Assembly (NCBI GenBank): GCA_951406725.2
Contig: OX597814.1
Coordinates: 62,186,001 to 62,250,000 of the forward strand
DNA length: 64,000 bases
DNA from: Octopus vulgaris
Lineage: Eukaryota
Direction: 5' to 3'
The notes under the pieces were generated by a model. It did no database searches, had not been told where the DNA came from, and saw only the letters and a list, made by a program, of their open reading frames with translations. The translations under genes and the position numbers were made by a program. The first letter of the stretch is position 1, and each line of letters begins with the position of its first letter. Positions 56,001 to 64,000 of this stretch are shown here, in pieces.

Positions 56001-56377
56001 CCCTCTTGCCTACATAGGGCATCCATTCTCTTTTAACACAGCATGAAGTTTTGTAACAGCACATCCACTGCCGTTCGTAGAAAACGAAGAGACCCTATTC
56101 ACCTGCGAACGTTTTACACCGCCTTCCATGACTATCAAATTCTTACAATTATGAGAACAATAACATGGCTCTTTTCAAGGCAACCTCCCATTCAATTCTT
56201 ACACCATTCTACGAGGGGTTAGGAACCCCTTTACACGGCTTTCTATACACTTACAAATACATTCATTCGCTGTAAACTTATATCAATATTTGCCTGAATA
56301 ATCATCATAATTCAGTGCAATCATTAACAGTACTTTCAAGCAATTCAGCCCCGAGCATTGCCGGGCAATTCTGCTAG
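53063..56377 (+). mobile_element. Non-autonomous Helitron retaining a PIF1-type helicase pseudogene; Rep domain not seen
   Basis: 3' end has a GC hairpin (GCCCCG-AGCATTGC-CGGGC) then CTAG|T at 56374-56378; tentative 5' end TCTACAATATAAAA at 53063. Confidence 0.8.
54085..55552 (+). pseudogene. Helitron PIF1-like helicase, frameshifted
   Basis: FFLDAPGGTGKT (Walker A), VASSGIAATLLPGGRTAHSTFKLP, IIWDE, GDF*QTLPV, LPPHILKLKGGAPIMLIRNL..CNGTRL, QFPVRPCFTMSINKAQGQT, FSHGQFYVACSRV across several frames. Confidence 0.93.
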
Positions 56378-56444
56378 TGACTATATAAAGCTAAGAATTA
56401 GGTTTCTGTACATTTTCTTATTTCTGACTTTAAAACTTTCTTTT

Positions 56445-56843
56445 ATCTTTTACCTGTTTCAGTCATTTGACTGTGGCCATGCTGGGGAACCATCTTGAAC
56501 AAATTGACTTCAAGACTTTTTTTTTTAAGCCTAGTACTTATTCTGTCGATCACTTTTGCTAAACTGCTAAGCTATGGGGACTTAAACATATCAACACCAG
56601 TTGTCAAACAGTGGCTGGAGGGTGGGAGAACAAACACAGACACACACACACACACACATATATATATAGTGAGTGTGTGTATATATGATAGGCTTCTTTC
56701 AGTTTCTGTCAAATTCACTCACAAGGCTTTGGTCGGCCTGAGGCTATAAGAGAAAACACTTGCCCAAGGTGCCATGCAGTGGAACTGAACTCAGAACCAT
56801 GTGGTTGGGAATCAAGCTTCTTACCACACAACCATACTTGTGC
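56445..56843 (-). mobile_element. CORE-like SINE, near full length
   Basis: Matches 60323-60714. Confidence 0.82.
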
Positions 56844-59800
56844 ATATGTTTGTTTGACTTTCCATGTGAAGTACACCAGTAATATTTTTTTTATTTATCT
56901 AACTTCCAATCTGCCAACATTAAGTCAAAATGATTTGAGAACCACTGATTTAGAGAGTTGTTAAATATAACTAAGCAAGACTATTTAGCTTTAATTAGAT
57001 TTCATAAACAGATATTAAATAAAGGTTTCAGGGAATCTTTTTACAGTTCTGAATAATTCAAACACCAAAGAAAACAATATGTTTTGCAATAATGTAGTTC
57101 CATATTCCTATTCTATTACTTGGCACCAATAGCAAGTGGCCTTGGAGTAACCAATTACTTGTGAGTGAAATTTGAAAGGCAGAAGCCCATCACCCTTGTG
57201 TGTATGTGTGTGCGTCCGTGCATGCATGTGTGTTGGTGTAAACTGATGCCTCAAAATGAATTACTTTCTGGTGTTTCCTTCAAGGAACATAAGTTAAAAC
57301 AACTGAACTTAACTGTTCAACAAATAAACTTGATAAAATGTGCACCAAACTGAACACTCAGGTCAACAAAACTAAAACCATTGAAGTTTTAAGATAGTTG
57401 CTGTCTAATGATTAAAACCAGTAAAAGAATGTAACATACACAAAATATACAATAAATAGTATTTAGCAAAATGAAAATTTTCCATTTTTGGTAGATGAAT
57501 TAAAACCTTAGTTGATCTTGAGCACAAGCTATTTTATATCAGAAAGCCTCTATTTTAATGTTTTACTACTTTGTGTCAAACTCACTGATGATGATGGTAT
57601 GATTTCTAACATAGATACAAGACCTCAAATTAAGGTATGTATGGAGAGGATAGTTAACTAAATTGATTCCATGTCTGGTAAATATTTCATCAATCACAAA
57701 AAATGACAATTCAAACTTTGAATGTAAAGTTACATAAATAATGTAAGCACTTTTACAAATACTGTTATTTTTCATTATTTACCACATAAACATGTAAACA
57801 CCTCTCACCTCAATACTCAATAAAGAGCTACTGACAGAAAAGGATATAAACAATTTGGGAGTGACAAACAGCACAACCTCAAAATTTTAATATGACAAAA
57901 GATAATCCCCATCAAAAATTAACTTTTATGATAGTATTTATAATAGGAAAAGGAATCATATAATAATTATAGTAAATATATAATAGTTATAAAAAAAAAC
58001 ATTAAAATAATAATTTGAAGTTTATTAACATTACTTCAAGCAACTAGATTCAGAGGAACCCCCTTTTAGCCATTTGAATTCATGATTGTACTCTTTCAGG
58101 TATTACCCAACAGTCATGACCATAAGTGAGAACAGGCACTTTATTAAGCCTCTGTAAAATATGAAAGAGATTCTGTTTCAACAATTATGTGACTAAGTCT
58201 ATAGAGGATACCATAATAATTTTTTAACTTTGGAACATGCTTACAGATTTGTGAAGAAGCACAGTTAATGAAATCAAACCCAATAATTAACCTGTACTTA
58301 TTATATAAACACAAGAAGAATAAAAGATAAAAGGGCTTAGAAGGAGTTGAATTCAGAATATAAAGGCATTTTTTCTGGTGTGCTTTCACTTCATAACAAT
58401 ATCTTATATACAGCATAAAGTTATAATTTGTAAATTAAATCAACCCAAGTACAGGATTGGTATATACCCTGATCATTGCAGTCCTAAATCTGTTTAAGAA
58501 TTATCAATCATGCAGGATGACTGACAAACCCTTCATATAGGATTTATGCACACAACATAGGACAATGAAAGTAGATAAATTTTCTGCAGTGTGAAAATAA
58601 TTATTATATTCGTTGTTATTTCTAAATTAAACATAAAATAATAAATTTGAGGTTAAATCAAGACCAGTATTTAACTGGTACCTACTTTACCCTGGGAAGG
58701 ATTTGGGCAAAGTGAACTTTAGCAGGGTTTGTAAAATACCATAAGGTATTCTGTCTATCATTCTGTTGATTCTGCCACCCTAAAAATAATTATTATAATA
58801 CTTCTAATGTAGGCACAAGTTTGTGCCCATGTTAGAAATAGTCAGCTAATATTCATCTCATCTCTCTCTGCAACAAATAAAGTTACCTGTTTCCTTTTTC
58901 TTATTATAATAATATTTTTAGTAGCATATTTTTAGTACAACAACCAAGAAAAAAATTATCACAACTTCTACTGAGTCATCAGAACAATTCAGGGATTTAT
59001 TTTATGAATATCTCAACAACAAACTACATATTTACATCTATCAAATCTGAAGTCCTGGTTCTTCAACCTTATGCCAGAAATACTGCAACTTTATATACCA
59101 TTACTTCTGCTAAGTGCATAATATTGTGTTAGTAGTGAAAATGAAAATTTTCTTATAGGAAGGATAATATTTTAAAAAGGAATATGGTATAATGAATACA
59201 ATATTTTAAACTGTTCAACTCATAAAATTGCAATATATTGACAATAATTGTTACTTGCTCATTTCCTTAAGATCTTAATTATGTATTGATCTTGTATAGT
59301 CAGCAGAGAAGTGCCAAACAAGTCCAAAAAAAGTACAGATTCAACCAGCAGTAACCTCTCCTTCATGCATCTGATATCAGAATTATACATGAAAACTACA
59401 AATTAATCAAGAAAACTATGCAACCTGCTCATATAGCTGCCAAATTTTCTGCATAGTATCTTACAGCTCCTATAAGCTTGAGTAGTATGTTGGACAAAAT
59501 GCTGAGAGGCATGTCTTCTGGCTCTTTACAACATTGCCCTTCATTCTTTCAGGTTGATAAAGTACGAGTCAAGTACTAGTGTCAATGGTATTGACTAACC
59601 TCCCCTTCTCCAAGATTTCACATCCTGTGCTTATATTTGAAACAATTTATTGATAAAATTTGGTGGATATCTCTGCCCAAAATCAAACCTGATGGAAAAG
59701 ACCTAATATAAAAGGCATTCCAGCCATGACTGCTTTGTCGTCTTTGTTTTAGATAATGTATATAGAAAAACATATCATTTCCTTTTGTAAAATAGTAGAG

Positions 59801-60281
59801 TGAGATTTGAGAGAGATTTGACAACTATTTCTAATCAGTCAAGTAACCAGAAAGAAGCTTCTACAACAGCTTTACCATTGTTCTCCTTAAAAACAACAAA
59901 ACATCTTATTATACACCTAAACTGTATTTATTACCAATCTGTATTGCCTGTGTTGTTGTATAGTTATAAATCATGGGCATTACTTGAAATAAATATTTAT
60001 ATGTATTTAAAAGAGAAACTGATCTCTGTCTGTCTGTCACAACACTTTTTAGAGAGGGAGAAGGGGAGGAATCAAAAGAGGAGATAACTCCTGTCACAAC
60101 ATATATTTTAAGGCGAGGAGAAAAGTTGTTGAGAGTCCAAGACAGATGGATAGTAACTAACAAGTTTTGACTAAAAGTGCAAGCCTGTCAACAAAACACC
60201 ACGCAGACTTCAAAACAATAACTATCGGAAGATAAATCCGAGTAACAGGTTTTGTTGAATTTCTGCTGCTTTTAAATAAAG

Positions 60282-60322
<41 letters not shown>

Positions 60323-60714
60323 ACTCTTTTACTTGTTTCAGTCATTTGACTGCGGCCATGCTGGAGCACCGCCTTTAATCGAGCAACTCGACCCCAGGAC
60401 TTATTCTTTGTAAGCCCAGTACTTATTCTATCGGTCTGTTTTGCCGAACCGCTAAGTGACAGGGACATAAACACACCAGCATTGGTTGTCAAGCAATGCT
60501 AGGGTGACAAACACAGACACACACACACATATATATATATATACATATATACGACGGGCTTCTTTCAGTTTCCATCTACCAAATCCACTCACAAGGCTTT
60601 GGTCAGCCCGGGACTATAGCAGAAGACACTTGCCCAAGGTGCCACGCAGTGGGACTGAACCCAGAACCATGTGGTTGGTAAGCAAGCTACTTACCACACA
60701 ACCACTCCTGCGCC
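60323..60714 (-). mobile_element. tRNA-derived CORE-like SINE, best-preserved copy
   Basis: Minus strand: GGCGCAGGAGTGGTTGTGTGGTAAG...GGGTTCAGTCCCACTGCGTGGCACCTTGGGCAAGTGTC...(TA)n(TG)n...GCATGGCCGCAGTCAAATGACTGAAACAAGTAAAAGAG. Partial copies also at ~2107-2320, 6930-7160, 11165-11310, 34470-34625, 38520-38680, 43460-43615 and 45115-45270. Confidence 0.88.
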
Positions 60715-62895
60715 TATATATATAAATTTTAAATATAGGATAAAAATTAAATATTAATTTTTTACTAGTGGCCAGCATGAGTAAAAATGTTCGTAGACTG
60801 CAAATATTATTATATGTGTATAAGAGTTATACACTGAGGGAAAGCCACTAAGTGGTTTTTCATCATGCTAGAAACGAGAGTTAAATCCCAAACCACGAAA
60901 AAGCTATTCTTATTTTGGCACGTTGAATGTAGGACAACTTGAGAGAATTCAAAAATGATTAGTCATTTCCATACATTGAAGTTTCGTCCTTAGCGATCAA
61001 ATACATTAATTAATTATAATATATATGTTTTGGGTTGTTTGTGTATCTCTCTCTCTCTCTCTCGATATAGACAATGCAACAGACTTTAAAAAAAAGACTT
61101 TCACTATAATGACTTGTTTGTTGAGAGAGAAATATAGTGAAAGTGTGTGTGAAAGATACAATTAAATTTTGTTTCAAGAAAATAAACAAAAAAAACAGGT
61201 TGCTGTTGAGCATATCAATGTGATCATTGTAGTAGGCTTCTGCTGAAGGGATCTATTTCATAACCCGGCAGCATAGCGACAGATAAAGACTAGTCTAAAT
61301 TAATTCAGAATGAATCAAATGAATAGTTCAAAGTTGTCAAAGAAACTATTTAGTCAGCTCTATCCACATTAATGGATAATATACAAAAGTGCATCAAAAA
61401 TACGTCACTGAAATGAGCCAATGTGACAAGTATAATTGTTAATATAAAAAGATCGTGGTTATCTGAAAATCTGGCATATATTTGGTAGACAAGGGAGGAA
61501 ATTACACATGGTTAATGCCTAACAAAGGGAGTGGATCAGAAGGGGCAATCTAAGATCATTCCTTGCCGAACGGATTTATGACTACAATATGCTAAACAAA
61601 GTTTAAAAGCTTGCTGACAGACAATATTCAACCAAAGTAAACCACTCCAAATTTAACTCTTTTGTTACCATACTTCTGCTAAAATATACTTCCTTTGCTT
61701 TAATTGGTTTTGAAAATAATTTAAGAATTTAGTAAATTAACTTTGTCGTTTGGGTGTTTGGAACAAAAAATTTTGATGGGGTATTTTTAGATCAGTTTAA
61801 AACAAGAAGTTTGTATCATAGAACCAGAGGCAGTCTCAGGCAGGTTGAGACTGTCAAGAGTTATAAGAGAAATGACAATTCAGTCGCAGACTGAAAAATT
61901 CATGTGTAGTTCCTATGTAATGTGTTATTTAGATAACTTATGTAAGCAATTTAATTATTTACATTCATAAGTTCTAATTCTAGAAATGGAAGTAGAGACA
62001 GATGCCTCTTAGAAGATCATCAGCATATACATGATTAAAAGATAATGCTAACTTTTAGAGAGCCTGAAGAGCTACCCATAGAATATTCTTTAGAATGATA
62101 TATAAATAAAGCTTCTTGTGTTTTCCAAGAAATGCAATGAAATGCTCGCTGTTAATTTAAGAATGAAAGGCAAACTTGATCTTGGTGAGAGTTGAATGCA
62201 GAATGTAAAGGACTGGAAGAAATACTGCAAGCAATGTTTGAGATGATATTGGAAGCAGGCAACTGATATTAGAAAGGAGGCATGACTAGCCAAATTGGTG
62301 GATGAGTGTGGATGATTAAGGTGTGATGGTGATTTAGTAAAATAATGAACCCAACAAATTTTAAGTAAAAATTTCAGCAAGGAGAAAAATTCATCTGATA
62401 CCAAAAATGGGAACATGTAAGCTGGGCAACCTGCATTGTAGGTTACCCAGCTAAGAGGGCAGTAACTCAAATAAAAACTGACAAGGACTGGAAGAGATTT
62501 TTTAGGTGTTCTTGCAGGGAACAACTTCTAGTACAAGTGGCACAAGAAAATTTACCTCATACACTCAATAAAGTGGTTGGCGACAAGATGGACATTCAGT
62601 TGTAGTATGAAATTGAAATGTATGAGAGAAATATTGATTCTGCAAATTACACTTTTAGGTAGGCAGTATCTTTGAATAAGAGATGATACAAATAGACAGA
62701 AATCCTCAGTCCTCCCCTAGTGATAATGCCATGATAAAATGTACTTAATGCATGCACAACATTAGCCAGTTTTGTCTGTTGCGGTGTGCACAAAGTGACA
62801 TAGATGGTGATGACCTGTCTAAACTATGCCAATATATATATAAAAAAACACAAGGTGATAATGATAGTGACAGCTTTCATTTCAACATCAATTTA

Positions 62896-63801
62896 CAAAG
62901 GGGGTACCCAAAAGAAACCAGAATTTTGCAATGTTATTTTATTCACTTAGTTTTATATGTTTACACTTTTATCGCCTTCAAAGTATTCTTCATTTGAAGC
63001 AATACATTGGTCCAGATGCATTTTCCACTGTTCAAAGCAGTGCTGGAACTCTTGTGAAGTGATGGCTTTTAACATCTGCTTTTTTTTTTCTTCACCTATT
63101 TCACATTTGCAAATTCTGTAGCACCAGCTTTTGTCACCTGTGATGACCTTCAAAAAAAGGTCTGGATCAACTTCCAACTGTTCTTTCAGTTCATGACATG
63201 CATTTAGTCATAACTACTTTTTATCTTCCATGAACAAGTGAGGCATAAATTTTGCTGCAACTCTTTTCATTTGCAATTCCTTGCTCAAAATTCATTGGCA
63301 GGAGCTCCAGGTCATACCAATCATATCAACAAGTTTGTCAATTGTTCAGTGATGGACTTCCAAGATCAGCTCATGAATTTTCATGACATTTTCATTCACT
63401 CAGGAGGCCGATGGTCACCCTGAATGAGGTTGGTCTTCAAGCAACAGATGGCCATTCCTCAAGCGTGAAAACCACTCATAAATCTGTGTTTTGCTTATAG
63501 CAGCATCCTTGTAAGCTGTTTGAAGCATGACAACTGTTTTGGCCACCGTTTTCCCCAGAAGAAAACAGAATTTCACAGAAGCATGCTGTTCCCTCATTTC
63601 AACTATTGCAAAAATTGACAAACAAAGGAGAAGGACTGCAAAACAAAGATGCACCACATAGCAGTACAACTCCACCCAAAGCTGCCGGTCAACAGATTGA
63701 TGCCTGAGGGCTGCATCAAGTGGCTTCTAGTGGCAGAAGCCTGAACTACAATGGGCTTATTTCACGGAGAATGTTTGCGGTTACTTATGGGTACCTCCTT
63801 G
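62896..63801 (-). mobile_element. Internally deleted mariner element with both TIRs
   Basis: TA|CAAAGGGGGTACCCAAAAGAAACC versus reverse-complemented TA|CAAGGAGGTACCCATAAGTAACC; MREQHASVKFCFLLGKT...IYEWFSR, FLKVITGDKSWCY, WKMHLDQCIASNEEYFEGD. Confidence 0.9.
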
Positions 63802-64000
63802 TATGTCCATTTGTCTAAAAAAGTTAGGAAGTTTTTTCTCTTATTGTAATAAGTTAGTCATTTCTTCTGCTAACTATTCAACTGGTAAAATATATATAAC
63901 AAGGATTCTCCAACTAGTCAGAATGAAGTAAATAAGAAACCAGAAAAAAGAGAAACCAGTGATGCATTGGCAACAATCATTTAAAAAAGTTCATATATTT

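Noticed and set aside
60640-60714. tRNA gene suggested by A/B boxes
   Set aside because: It is the head of a multi-copy SINE; no full cloverleaf, and it continues into the CORE-like body.
46027-64000. Miro first coding exon (expected ~M..DVRILLVG[DE]) and promoter
   Set aside because: No matching minus-strand exon found by eye; it probably lies beyond 64000, but a short exon could have been missed.

Overview
AT-rich, microsatellite-rich eukaryotic genomic DNA. The repeat content (tRNA-derived SINEs, RTE LINEs with (GAT)n tails, mariner/Tc1, Helitron) suggests an octopus or other coleoid mollusc, which is an inference. Most of the window is one minus-strand gene, the mitochondrial Rho GTPase Miro (RHOT1/2). 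I reconstructed 18 internal coding exons by hand (46024 down to 3441, 1696 nt, all GT-AG and phase-consistent), covering the N-GTPase, two EF-hands and the C-GTPase. I did not find the first coding exon or the transmembrane exon, which probably lie outside the window. The introns are packed with transposons. Main observations: (1) six ~480-bp tandem monomers, with YY1-type motifs in each, a TATA box and Inr-like site ending each complete unit and ETS sites after the array, directly upstream of a near-full-length RTE LINE, resembling an L1-style monomer promoter; (2) a minimal hammerhead-ribozyme fold with a compensatory G3-C8 core swap beside a Penelope GIY-YIG remnant, in the Miro sense strand; (3) the Miro P-loop residue equivalent to human Pro13 must be Val/Leu/Ile/Phe; (4) a PHD-type finger inside the RTE reverse transcriptase; (5) a perfect 94-bp fold-back and inverted LINE copies that could form dsRNA in the pre-mRNA; (6) an exact 134-bp duplication 8.6 kb apart. 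All analysis was by eye, with no database searches.
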